A stretch of 64,000 bases of DNA from Planctomycetaceae bacterium (GTDB taxonomy: Bacteria; Planctomycetota; Planctomycetia; Planctomycetales; Planctomycetaceae): contig JABISG010000147.1 in assembly GCA_018699955.1 (NCBI GenBank), forward strand, positions 96,544 to 160,543, in the 5' to 3' direction. This document shows positions 9,636-19,209 of the stretch, one piece after another (positions within the stretch are counted from its first letter, which is position 1; each line of letters opens with the position of its first letter). The notes under the pieces are model-generated. The model saw only the letters and a list, made by a program, of their open reading frames with translations, ran no database searches and was not told where the DNA came from. The position numbers and the translations under genes were made by a program.

Positions 9636-12600
9636 TTAAAAGCCGCCGCCGCCTGGCTTGGCGGGGGTCTCGTCGAGTTCAATTGCCTCATTGATGATTT
9701 GCATGAGATTCCGCGCCAAATCGGCCAAGCGTCCCTGGTCGCTTGCAATCGCCTCGAGTTCCCGCTGCTGTTCGTCCGATAGCCGACCGTTCTTGCGTCG
9801 TTGTGCATCAATTTCAGCGGTTCGCCGCAGCAGACCTTCTTGAATTGTCTTTAACATCTTGAGTTCGGCCAGTTTCGGGACGGCGCCCGTGGCGCCGGGG
9901 GGCTGCTGCTCTGCACCCGTTCCACCTGCCGGCGGAGATTGCCCGGAACTTTGCTCCGGTTTCAGCGCATCGACCAGTTCGACAAAACGCCGCTTGGCCG
10001 CTTCTTCTGCTGCGATGGTGATCTGATCGGTTTGCCGTTTGTCGAGACGATCCGCCGTGATCTTCATGTCTCGCGATGCACCTTCCAGCGCGAGAACAAA
10101 GACCTCGACTGACGCCATCTCCTCGATGAGTTCAGCGGTGTCGCGGCGCAGGTTGTCCTGTGTTTCTCGCAATCGCTTCAGCGAACTCAATTGGCCGCGA
10201 CTCCAACTGCCGCGTTTCTTGTGAGCGGCGTCGAGCCGCAGTGTTTCATCAATTACCGCTTGCTGCATGACGATCATCAGTTTGAGTTTATCGCCCATTT
10301 TCTCCATGAGTTCGCGGGCGAGCCGTTCTTCAGCTTCGCGGCGCGCTTGCGCCAATTCGCGTTGGGACTGTTCGAGGTCGTCGAGCGATTCTTGTTGCTC
10401 ACGCGCTGCATCGGCCGGTTCATCGCTGCCCAATCGTTCTTCGGTCTGACGCAATCGTTCGGCTGCGCGTCCGGCCGATGATCCTGCTTTGCGCGCCTGC
10501 AACCTGCGCAGTCGCCGAGAAAGGCGGGCGACCTCTTCCCGGATTTCCTGCTGCTGCTTGCGCAGTTGCTGCAATTCCTGCTCACGTTGTTTTCGGTCGG
10601 TAATTTGCTCTGCGTCTCGTGTTTTCTTGTGCAACTCGTCCTGTCGCTTTCTCAATTCGAGCAGTTCCTCTTCGGCCTGCTTCAATTGCTTGACGAGCAC
10701 TTCCGAGTCGGGGTTTCCGCGATCCGAGAGAATGTTACGCAGTTCCTCCAGATCGTCGGCAATCTGCTGCTGTGCTTCAGCAGCAATTCCCACCTGGTTT
10801 CGTTTGAGGGCGTCGGCGGTCTGCCGCATCTTGCTGCCGGTGGCGTTTTCCTCGATGTGTTGCTGGGCATCCTGTAGTGTTCCGTTTGGAGACGCCTTCG
10901 ATTTATCGTCGGATTGCGCTTTCAATGTCTCGCGAAACTCATCGAGGCGGTCGGCTTGCCTTCGCTGCCGCTGTGAAACTTTAGCCAGATCGGCTTCTTC
11001 CTGCGGCTTCAATTGTTCCAGGCCACTTCGTCCTAGAGTCTTGCGGCCGATTTCGGTGGCGTCCTGCTGAACGCGTTGCTGTCCGGCAATGAGTTCACCG
11101 AGTTCCTTGAGCAAATCGTTCCGGATACGCCACTGCAACAACTTCCCGCGCATCACGGCGAGCGATTCGAGAACTGCGTCCTGGTTTTCCTTCGCCCGTT
11201 CGAGGGCCGCTGACTCTTCGCCGTCGGTCGTTGCTTCTGTACTTCTTTCCGTAGCGGAGTCCGTCGGTTCGGCCTTTTCGTCTTCGGTATTAGTGGGAGA
11301 CGTGTCGCCTGCCGCTTCTTCCTCGGCACGAAGTCCGATGGCCGAATTGGCCGCCTTTCGTGCGCGCGTGAGTTCCTGCTCGATTACAGGCAGCAGGTTC
11401 TGCCGCATCGCGGCAACCTCGTCGGCAATTTGTTGCAGCCGTGCGGTCATCTCCGGCGCATCGATCTTGTTCAGCTTGAGATCGGCAATTGAGTCGCGCG
11501 CTTTCGACTCGAATCCATCGACGGGATTCAGCAGTCGTGCAGAGATCTGCCGTTGGTCGAGTTCAATTCGTTTGAGCAAATCGACATCGGAAGCGCGTAA
11601 CGCGCCAACCGTGTTGAGCTGGGTTTCCAGTTCACCAACCTGTTCGCGGGCCAGCAACTGCGCTTTGACCAGTCGCTCCAATTCTTCGAGTAGCTCGGAC
11701 TGCCGACCTGCCAATTCGGCCTTCTTTTCTTCCGCCGTGATAATTGTCAACGTGCGGGAAATGCTGCGGCCGACGTGTTCGTTGCCGAGATCGTAATCGT
11801 CGTTTGCCGTGGCGTAGAATACGATCCGCATGCCGGGACTGAGCATCAATTCGGACAACAACCAGGTCTCTTCGATTGTCAGCTCAAGCGGACGTTCGGT
11901 CTCCACCTCGCCGTCGCGGAGCAGTCGTGGTTCGATGGAATCGTCCTGTGAGTTGCCCAGCTTGTAATGCAAACGGACGCTCTTCAGTCCCAGGTCGTCA
12001 CGGACCTGAAATCTCAGCGAGACATCGGCGACTGCGGTGACATAAAGATCGACGGCCGGTTGTTCGATTTGAATCTCCGGCGGCATGTCGGCGACGGCGC
12101 GGACTTCGTAGCGTGGGGCTTCCGGGTTCTCGAAGCCTTGTGAATCCTTCAGGTCGAACCAGTAGGAATAGACACCGGGATCGGTGATGGTAAACCGGGT
12201 TTTCAGGCGTCGTCCGTCTTTGGCAAGTTCAATCGGCTGCGGTTTTCTGCCGCGCACCTGCAACGAAGCCGACTTCAGCCGCTTGTTGACACGGGCGTTG
12301 ACTTCCACTTCGGTGCCGACCAATCCCTGCAAGTGTCCCACGCCGTCCGCCAAACGCTCGACCGGTTGGCCACTGTATTTGGGAGGCGTTAGCGTGACCT
12401 GCAAATCTTCAATCAGCGGAGGAGGGACGACTTCCAATTTGAATAACGGCTTGTCCCAATCATCGCCGCCGACGGCGCGAAACCAGACCGGTCCGCGCGT
12501 GGCGACCAGCGTCGCCACGCCGACTTCTCGCGGGTTCCCGTCGGCGTCGCGGCGCGTTGCCAATCGCAGGACTTCGTGAACGGATTCGTCGTCCGAGTAA

Positions 12601-13331
12601 CGGTACTCCATGCGAACATCATCCGGCAGGTCCCCAGTGCCGTTCTCTGCGGCGTTCTCCACATAGACAGTCAGTGCGTCGCCGCGTGCCAGGCGCAATG
12701 GGGTTGTCGGGTCGTATTCGAGCGGTCGGAAATCGGCATCCAACAGTCGCAAATCGGTCGTTCGCGGCCAGGCGATGTCGGCAAACGGAAAGACCAGACG
12801 GTTCATCGCGATGCCGGCGTTCACTTGGTTGAAGCCGACAAGCAGTGCCGAAGTCAGGCAGACGGCCACAGCGATTGCAACGAGACGCCGGACGTTGCTC
12901 GTTTCAATCACGTCAGAAAGATTCAGCCGACCCGCTTGCCGTGTCGTTTGCTGAATCACGCGACGCTGCAGTTGGGTTGAGCCGACGGCCGGATCGATTC
13001 CCTTTTCCAGAAATTCCACCGTACTGGCCAGACTGTCGTTGAAACCGGGGAACCGTTTCTCGATACGCAATGCCAGATCGACGTCGGATGGTTGATGCCG
13101 CAACGGCCCGATCAGACGTCGCCATCCAACCCATCCCGCGGCGGTGAGAATCGTCAGACCCAATATCAATCGCACGCCGGAGTCGTCGAGGTGAATGGCC
13201 CAATCGGTCATTCCCACCAGCATGGCCGCACCAAAGACGACGGCGATCAGCCAACTCAATCCGTACAGCCACACCACCTGACGAATCCGCCGGCGTAAGC
13301 GCGACAATCGTTGATCGAGCGGTTCAGACAT
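9636..13331 (-). CDS. large membrane protein: two N-terminal TM helices, beta-rich middle region, ~600-aa coiled-coil (DUF4175-like, of the type found in BatA/MoxR neighbourhoods)
   Basis: 1231 aa from ATG (MSEPLDQRLSRL...). TMs are WLYGLSWLIAVVFGAAML and LILGLTILTAAGWVGW. Long E/R/Q/L-rich heptad region. Operon partner of the VWA protein. Confidence 0.65.
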   Translation of the reverse strand: MSEPLDQRLSRLRRRIRQVVWLYGLSWLIAVVFGAAMLVGMTDWAIHLDDSGVRLILGLTILTAAGWVGWRRLIGPLRHQPSDVDLALRIEKRFPGFNDSLASTVEFLEKGIDPAVGSTQLQRRVIQQTTRQAGRLNLSDVIETSNVRRLVAIAVAVCLTSALLVGFNQVNAGIAMNRLVFPFADIAWPRTTDLRLLDADFRPLEYDPTTPLRLARGDALTVYVENAAENGTGDLPDDVRMEYRYSDDESVHEVLRLATRRDADGNPREVGVATLVATRGPVWFRAVGGDDWDKPLFKLEVVPPPLIEDLQVTLTPPKYSGQPVERLADGVGHLQGLVGTEVEVNARVNKRLKSASLQVRGRKPQPIELAKDGRRLKTRFTITDPGVYSYWFDLKDSQGFENPEAPRYEVRAVADMPPEIQIEQPAVDLYVTAVADVSLRFQVRDDLGLKSVRLHYKLGNSQDDSIEPRLLRDGEVETERPLELTIEETWLLSELMLSPGMRIVFYATANDDYDLGNEHVGRSISRTLTIITAEEKKAELAGRQSELLEELERLVKAQLLAREQVGELETQLNTVGALRASDVDLLKRIELDQRQISARLLNPVDGFESKARDSIADLKLNKIDAPEMTARLQQIADEVAAMRQNLLPVIEQELTRARKAANSAIGLRAEEEAAGDTSPTNTEDEKAEPTDSATERSTEATTDGEESAALERAKENQDAVLESLAVMRGKLLQWRIRNDLLKELGELIAGQQRVQQDATEIGRKTLGRSGLEQLKPQEEADLAKVSQRQRRQADRLDEFRETLKAQSDDKSKASPNGTLQDAQQHIEENATGSKMRQTADALKRNQVGIAAEAQQQIADDLEELRNILSDRGNPDSEVLVKQLKQAEEELLELRKRQDELHKKTRDAEQITDRKQREQELQQLRKQQQEIREEVARLSRRLRRLQARKAGSSAGRAAERLRQTEERLGSDEPADAAREQQESLDDLEQSQRELAQARREAEERLARELMEKMGDKLKLMIVMQQAVIDETLRLDAAHKKRGSWSRGQLSSLKRLRETQDNLRRDTAELIEEMASVEVFVLALEGASRDMKITADRLDKRQTDQITIAAEEAAKRRFVELVDALKPEQSSGQSPPAGGTGAEQQPPGATGAVPKLAELKMLKTIQEGLLRRTAEIDAQRRKNGRLSDEQQRELEAIASDQGRLADLARNLMQIINEAIELDETPAKPGGGGF

Positions 13332-13371
13332 TGGTTTGACTCGTTGACAAAACTTTCCGTTACAAGCTAAA

Positions 13372-13857
13372 TCACATTGGACGTTCAAGTTCCGTTTCAT
13401 CCATGCCCAGTGTCATGTCAAAAGTTACCACTGTAATCGGATCGTCGGACTCTTCTGTGATATCGGGAATATTCACCGCAACACGGAGTCGGCGACTTCC
13501 AGGAAACTCAAATTTGATTGAATCCACACGATGTCCAACCGTCGCAAACAGCCAGGCATAAACAGCCGATTCGTCGGGAGAAAAACTGGTAACTGGTGGT
13601 GAGATTGATTTCGTTCCATTTTCCAATTCTGCATCCGTTATCGGGATTCCCCAAATTCGAAACGTGGCATCAGAACCCCCGATGAATTCAGAGTCTTCGA
13701 AATCAATCCAATCGGAACCATGTTCAATGGCAAGTTTTTGCGCACCATCCTCGTCAAAAAACATGTGAGCTGGCGATTTGTGAAGTGCGTGGCATTCAGC
13801 AGGCAAACCGGGATGATTAATGCACATGTGTGCCGGTTTATGTCTTGGTTCGGTCAT
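13372..13857 (-). CDS. hypothetical acidic cytoplasmic protein encoded in a low-GC insert
   Basis: 161 aa from ATG 13855-13857 (MTEPRHKPAHMCINHP...). No TM, pI acidic. GC is about 48% in 13332-13970 versus about 60% in the flanks. Confidence 0.4.
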   Translation of the reverse strand: MTEPRHKPAHMCINHPGLPAECHALHKSPAHMFFDEDGAQKLAIEHGSDWIDFEDSEFIGGSDATFRIWGIPITDAELENGTKSISPPVTSFSPDESAVYAWLFATVGHRVDSIKFEFPGSRRLRVAVNIPDITEESDDPITVVTFDMTLGMDETELERPM

Positions 13858-13971
13858 TTGAATCGCCAATTCAAAGGAACATCACAAGTTGTAGTGACGC
13901 AAAAACAAACAAAACGTTCCAACTTTCGCTCTTGTCTCTCGTCTCTAGACTCTCGACCCGCAACTCCTCCA

Positions 13972-16401
13972 TCATATCAGCCGAAACCGCTTCCGCAAAA
14001 GCCATTCTGTGCCCAGCAGGAAAGTGAACAACGCCAGACCGGGGACGAGAGTTTGCCATAAGCTCCAGAGGGAGATTGGATCGAGCGATTCCAGCGGGAC
14101 GGCACGGCCGGGGGGGATGTCGTCGGCCAATTTGTGTGCATCGACGGGTGTGTAGAATTTGCCGTGCGTTTTGTCGGCGGTCTGCAGCAATTCCGCTTTG
14201 TCGAGACTGCGCCGTTGAAACTCGCTGAGCGGTGCCTCGACCGAGAAATTGTACGATGGCGGCGCTTCGTCGAAGGCGGGGGCGACGATCCACGCATGAT
14301 ACGAACCTTCCGGTGCGCGAACGAATTGCCCTTCAAATAATGCCGGCGTTTGTGGTAGTCGCGTTAATTTGATTGTCCGCTGCACGTCGCCGCGGCGTTC
14401 GAGCATCACTGTCACTCCGTCGTCCTCTGTCGGCGCCAATCGCTCGTCGAAAAACTTGACCCGCAGGTTCACCGTGTCGCCGCGCTTGTAATATTTCTTA
14501 TCGGAAAACAAATCGGCAGTGCGGTCGCGGCCGATGAGTTTCGAGCGACTGAGATACCGCAACGCCTGCACCCAATAGCGTCCGTAGTAATAATCGCCGA
14601 CGCGAAAACGCCATCGCCACAATTCGTCGGTGGCGTGAAACAGAACGGTGCCCGCACCCACCCGGTGTTTGACGATGACCGGTAACCGGCCGGTTGCGCC
14701 GCTGCGGGTGGGATGTTGTGCGAAGACCTGTGCGCCTTCGGCCAGTTCCCGCGCCTCGAACAGCCAATACAATTCGGGAAACTCGTTCCAGATTTCCATG
14801 CTGTCCGATTCGGATTCGGCGAAGCGGAAAATGGTCGTCGATTTGCGCCCGGCCAAAGTCAGTTCCGGCCGGAATCCCTCAACAATCGGAATCTCGTCCG
14901 GCGGTGCCTGTGCCGATTCGAGTTTCACGGGCAATAACGCTTCTAACGGAGTGCCACGAAATGCCATCGGCATCGACGATTGTCCGGCGATGATCACCAA
15001 TCCGCCCCCGGCATTCCGCACGAATTCATTCAGGTTGTCATACACGCCGTAACTCAGAAAGCTGGGATTGAGGTCGCCAAGGATGACGACGTCGTAGTCG
15101 AGCATTTCTTCGCGTTTGACGGGGAAGTGGTCGAGTGCGGTTTCATCTTCCTGCGCATATTCGACGTCGGCTTCCTGCAAGACGGTATGCAATTCCACCG
15201 TCTTGTCGCGTTCCAGTAATTGTTTGAGGTAGCGGAATTCATACCGTGGTCCGGAGTCGGCCAGCAACACGCGGATTCGATCTTCGCGGACGCTGACGTG
15301 CCGCGTCTCGACGTTGTCGGTCACATTCGATTCGTTCGGCAACGGTTTGGCTTCCAGCTTGTAATCGAACTCGCCTTTGGTGGGCGGCGTGTAGGGCAAT
15401 TCCACTCGCACCGCCTGTCCGTCCTCACCAGCCGATAACTTCTTCGTGGCCAGGACCACGCCGGTTCGGTCATCGATGAGACGAATCGTTACCGTTTCGC
15501 CCTTGAATTCGTACGCTTTGATGTTGGCCGAGAAGATGACCGGGTCGCCGACGAAGGCGACTTCATCGACCAGCGTGTCGTACAGTTGCAGATCGCGCGA
15601 CGGTTCTTCGCTGCCGATACCCACCACGAAAATCGGCACGAGACTGCTGCGTGCCAAATCGGTCACGCCGGTCAACTTGTCGGCATCGTTGGTGCTGGTG
15701 ATTCCGTCGGTTAGCAGGACAATGGCCGAGGGCGGATTGCCGCGCAGGTCGTCGAGAACTTTTCGTACTGCCGGTCCGGGGCGTGTTTCATCGCCGGTGG
15801 CTTCCAGCCGCGTGAGCAGTTCGGAAATCTCGTCGATTCCATCGTCATTCAAGTAATCGCCTTGACCCATCACGCGGGCGGTATCTGAGAATCGATAGAC
15901 TCGCAATTTGTGTTCGCTGGCCAAATTGCGGAGCAGGCGGCCGTTGTTGCGTGTGAGGGCGGCCTTGGCCAGATTGATCCGCTGCGGTTCTTTGAGCCGC
16001 ACCTCCTTAAGTAACGCCGCAACTCCGGCGGCGAGACTGCGGTTGGGATACCGATCTTCCAGGCTCATGCTGGCCGAATCATCGACCATCACCACAATCA
16101 CCGGCAGGCCCGTTCGATCGACGGTGAGTGTTAACTCGGCGAGAAACAGCAGCACGACGGCAATTGTCGAAAGTCGTAGCGCGACAAGCAGACCGCGCAT
16201 CGGCCGCGAGATGGAATTGGCGTCGCGGTGATAAATCCAAACCACATACGCAACGCCGAAAACAGCCAACAGCAGCACACCCCACAACGGTAGCCAATCC
16301 GGCCAGGGTGGCCGCACCGTAAGATTCCACGCCGTCCCCTGACCGGGACCGGCGGCAGGTATGTCGAGATACCATTCCAGAAATCGTTTCATCGCCTGCA
16401 T
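13972..16401 (-). CDS. BatA-like protein: aerotolerance-regulator N-terminal TM domain, von Willebrand factor A domain and C-terminal class-I glutamine-amidotransferase-like domain
   Basis: Two N-terminal TMs. VWA MIDAS start is VIVVMVDDSASMS. The C-terminal VLLADSGPRYEF...VVILGD...LVIIAG region looks GATase1/ThuA-like. Confidence 0.8.
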   Translation of the reverse strand: MQAMKRFLEWYLDIPAAGPGQGTAWNLTVRPPWPDWLPLWGVLLLAVFGVAYVVWIYHRDANSISRPMRGLLVALRLSTIAVVLLFLAELTLTVDRTGLPVIVVMVDDSASMSLEDRYPNRSLAAGVAALLKEVRLKEPQRINLAKAALTRNNGRLLRNLASEHKLRVYRFSDTARVMGQGDYLNDDGIDEISELLTRLEATGDETRPGPAVRKVLDDLRGNPPSAIVLLTDGITSTNDADKLTGVTDLARSSLVPIFVVGIGSEEPSRDLQLYDTLVDEVAFVGDPVIFSANIKAYEFKGETVTIRLIDDRTGVVLATKKLSAGEDGQAVRVELPYTPPTKGEFDYKLEAKPLPNESNVTDNVETRHVSVREDRIRVLLADSGPRYEFRYLKQLLERDKTVELHTVLQEADVEYAQEDETALDHFPVKREEMLDYDVVILGDLNPSFLSYGVYDNLNEFVRNAGGGLVIIAGQSSMPMAFRGTPLEALLPVKLESAQAPPDEIPIVEGFRPELTLAGRKSTTIFRFAESESDSMEIWNEFPELYWLFEARELAEGAQVFAQHPTRSGATGRLPVIVKHRVGAGTVLFHATDELWRWRFRVGDYYYGRYWVQALRYLSRSKLIGRDRTADLFSDKKYYKRGDTVNLRVKFFDERLAPTEDDGVTVMLERRGDVQRTIKLTRLPQTPALFEGQFVRAPEGSYHAWIVAPAFDEAPPSYNFSVEAPLSEFQRRSLDKAELLQTADKTHGKFYTPVDAHKLADDIPPGRAVPLESLDPISLWSLWQTLVPGLALFTFLLGTEWLLRKRFRLI

Positions 16402-16542
16402 GGCCGCCCATTATACGCAGCAACGGTTCATCTGTCGCGGGCTGGTTTTGCATAACTCTTGATGACGAATGAACAAATCGATATGATTTGACGAGAGCCG
16501 TATGGTCGGCATCGTCCGTCTCACGACAGGGGACACTGCGGA

Positions 16543-17154
16543 ATGGATCGACGAATTGCCCGTTTTCTAACCGCTTTTCTGCTGTTCATGGCGGCGATAT
16601 TTGTTGGCGGTGCGCCCAGCGAAGCCGTTGAGCCGACGATTGGTGCGGAAACATCGACCGCTGCGATGCTCAATTCCGGACCGGGTCAGGGGGAATACGT
16701 CCCTACCTTCTACTCCCGTGCGGTCACCGGCCCGTTGATGAATAAGTCGGTTTGTTACGTCTGCCGTAACGGACAGCGGCCGGTGGTGGCGGTTTACGTT
16801 CGCAGCTTCGAGCCAAAATTGAAGTCGCTACTGCGAAATATCGACCGCGTTGTTGATCTCAATCGTGTGACCGGTTTACGAAGTTTCAGCGTGAAATTGG
16901 GCGAAGACCCGTTCCGAAACATTTCGGCCGTGCAGACATTTTCGTTCAACAACAAAATCGCGATGCCGTTCACCGTTGCCTCGGAAGCGGTCTCGGTGCC
17001 AAGTTGCCAAAACATCCACACCGATGCCGCCATCACGGTGGTTTTCTATCGCCGGCGCCGCGTCGAAAGAACATTCGCCTTCCGCGCGGGCGAGATGACA
17101 ACCGATGAAGTCCGCACCGTCATTCAAGGCGTGAAAGATTTCGCTGCCAAATAA
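16543..17154 (+). CDS. secreted hypothetical protein
   Basis: Signal peptide FLTAFLLFMAAIFVGGAPSEA; 203 aa; no known domain. Confidence 0.5.
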   Translation: MDRRIARFLTAFLLFMAAIFVGGAPSEAVEPTIGAETSTAAMLNSGPGQGEYVPTFYSRAVTGPLMNKSVCYVCRNGQRPVVAVYVRSFEPKLKSLLRNIDRVVDLNRVTGLRSFSVKLGEDPFRNISAVQTFSFNNKIAMPFTVASEAVSVPSCQNIHTDAAITVVFYRRRRVERTFAFRAGEMTTDEVRTVIQGVKDFAAK

Positions 17155-17160
17155 GGCGAG

Positions 17161-17192
17161 CCGGGGGTGTTAACCCCCTGGTTGTTTTGTAT
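17161..17192 (+). terminator. intrinsic terminator of the 16543-17154 gene
   Basis: gggggt-gtta-accccc hairpin followed by tggttgttttgt, immediately after the TAA stop. Confidence 0.55.
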
Positions 17193-17224
17193 CGGTCGAG
17201 CGTTCGCGAGTCATCGAACACTTC

Positions 17225-17252
17225 AGCCGGCATAAAGCCGGCTGCTCGCTTG
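17225..17252. repeat. hairpin repeat AGCCGGCATAAAGCCGGCYGCTCGCTTG, copy 1 (second copy at 38722-38749)
   Basis: 28-bp match to 38722-38749 with one Y difference. The palindromic gccggc-ataaa-gccggc stem-loop sits between convergent genes in both places. Confidence 0.55.
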
Positions 17253-17256
17253 TGGG

Positions 17257-18399
17257 TTACTGAAACCCAACGTTTCCGTCCGGTTCAATCACGGGGCGTC
17301 GGCGCCACGTTCGCAGCGGATTGTTCTTGAACGCTTTCTCGTTCAGTTCGATGCCCATGCCCGGCACTTCGGGAATCTCGACATAGCCGTCTGCCAGCTT
17401 CAGTGGTTGATTGATCAGATCGCGATTGCCTCCTTCGCTGTCGATGCGATATTCGAGAATCAGGAAGTTCGGGGTCGATGCGGCAAACTGCACGCCGACG
17501 GCTGTCGAGATCGGTCCCAGTGGACTATGCGGGGCGACGGTGAGATAGTTGGCTTCGCCCATTGCTGCGATCTTCTTGCCTTCCATCAGCCCGCCGCACA
17601 ACAGCAGGTCCGGTTGCAGAATGTCGGCGGCACCTGCGGCGATCAGGTCGCGGAATTCAAATTTCGTGTAGAGCATTTCACCGGTGGCAATCGGGATGCG
17701 AATCTTCTGCCGCAGTTCTCCCATGGCCGCAATGTTTTCCGGCCGTAGCGGTTCCTCGAAGAACAACGGCCGAAAGGGCCGCACGACTTCCGAGAGTTCC
17801 AACGCCCGAAACGGTTCGAACATGGCCGCGTGCGGATCGAGGGCGATTTCGATGTCGTCACCCACAGCGCGACGAACCGCTTCCATTCGCTCGCGCGTTT
17901 GCTTGAGAACCTCGTTCCAGGAAAGCAGTTCCATTTGCGGCGGCTGGGGTTGCATTTTGACAGCCGTCATCCCGAATTGCTGCACCGCTCGTTTCGCGTC
18001 GTCGGCTACTTCGCGCGGCGTGTCTCCATGAATGCCCAGATACACGCGCACGCGGTCGCGGCAGCGTCCGCCGAGTAATTGGTAGACCGGAACGCCGTGC
18101 GCTTTCCCCTTCACGTCCCACAGGGCGGTTTCAATTCCGCTGATGGCGGCGTTGATCATCGATCCGCCGGGAAATCGCGAGCCGTTGTACATCAGCTGCC
18201 ACAAATGCTCGATCCGCGTGGGATCCTGCCCAATCAGCCATTCCTTGTAGTAGTCGATAATTGGCCCGATCGCGTGGTCTGGACCAACGCGGTACGCCTC
18301 GCCCACGCCATGCAAATGTTCGTCGGTCAGCACTTTGACGAACACGTGATTGCCATCACCCATATTGACGCCGAACGTCTGGATGTCGATGATTTTCAT
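17257..18399 (-). CDS. enolase-superfamily (mandelate racemase/muconate lactonizing enzyme family) sugar-acid dehydratase, galactonate or mannonate dehydratase-like
   Basis: MKIIDIQTF...GVGEAY N-terminal capping domain; metal-binding barrel residues (IALDPHAA, FFEEP, IATGE). ATG at 18397-18399. Confidence 0.85.
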   Translation of the reverse strand: MKIIDIQTFGVNMGDGNHVFVKVLTDEHLHGVGEAYRVGPDHAIGPIIDYYKEWLIGQDPTRIEHLWQLMYNGSRFPGGSMINAAISGIETALWDVKGKAHGVPVYQLLGGRCRDRVRVYLGIHGDTPREVADDAKRAVQQFGMTAVKMQPQPPQMELLSWNEVLKQTRERMEAVRRAVGDDIEIALDPHAAMFEPFRALELSEVVRPFRPLFFEEPLRPENIAAMGELRQKIRIPIATGEMLYTKFEFRDLIAAGAADILQPDLLLCGGLMEGKKIAAMGEANYLTVAPHSPLGPISTAVGVQFAASTPNFLILEYRIDSEGGNRDLINQPLKLADGYVEIPEVPGMGIELNEKAFKNNPLRTWRRRPVIEPDGNVGFQ

Positions 18400-18594
18400 T
18401 GTGTGTGATTCCCAACCAGTTGCGGTATCTGAAGCGATTAAGAGTATACGGTGGCTATGAGTAGATTTGTATGAAGGCCAAGTCGAAACAGGATTTGTCC
18501 GTGGCGGCCGATTCGCAATTCTTCCGCGAACTCCGTATGCTGGGGCAACGAAACTTGGCCCATTTTGACCAATACCAGAAACAAGAATCCTGCC

Positions 18595-19149
18595 ATGCCT
18601 AAAGTGCTCCTCGTCATTGGTGATGCCACCGAAGTTCTCGACACGATGTATCCCTACTTCCGGCTGCCCGAGGACGGCTTTGAAGTCGTTGTCGCCGCCC
18701 CGGAACAAAAGCTGTATCACATGGTGCTGCACGAGCAGCCGCCCGGTTGGGACATCACGCAGGAAACCGCCGGCTACCATTTGCAGTCCGACATCGCCTT
18801 CCGCGACATTAAGCCGGAAGAGTACGCCGGCCTCTTCGTTTCCGGCGGACGGGCACCGGAGTACTTGCGGTACGATGAAGATTTGCTCAACGTCACGCGG
18901 CATTTCTTCGAGGCGAACAAACCGGTCGCCTCGGTCTGTCACGGCATCGAAATCCTCGCCGCCGCCGATTGCATTCAAGGCCGAACTGTGACAACCGTCG
19001 CCAAGTGTGCGCTCGATGCCACACAGGTCGGCGCGAAATACGTCGATCAGCCCACAGTCGTCGATGGCAACCTCGTCACCGCCCGCGTCTGGATGGACAA
19101 CACGCCGTTCTTGAAAGCGTTTATCGAGATGCTGAAGACTTCGCAGTGA
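18595..19149 (+). CDS. DJ-1/PfpI family protein (class I glutamine amidotransferase-like)
   Basis: MPKVLLVIGD...VCHGIEILAAAD with the nucleophile-elbow Cys-His; 184 aa from ATG 18595. Confidence 0.85.
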   Translation: MPKVLLVIGDATEVLDTMYPYFRLPEDGFEVVVAAPEQKLYHMVLHEQPPGWDITQETAGYHLQSDIAFRDIKPEEYAGLFVSGGRAPEYLRYDEDLLNVTRHFFEANKPVASVCHGIEILAAADCIQGRTVTTVAKCALDATQVGAKYVDQPTVVDGNLVTARVWMDNTPFLKAFIEMLKTSQ

Positions 19150-19209
19150 CTTTGCGAATCTTTGCGACTTAGCGCCTTTGCGTCAAATCATTACACCTTC
19201 CGGAAACTG

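Noticed and set aside
10489-11796. Two Ser/Cys/Arg-rich plus-strand ORFs (193 and 235 aa)
   Set aside because: Antisense to the 1231-aa coiled-coil gene; their composition mirrors the GAG/CGC codons of the true gene.
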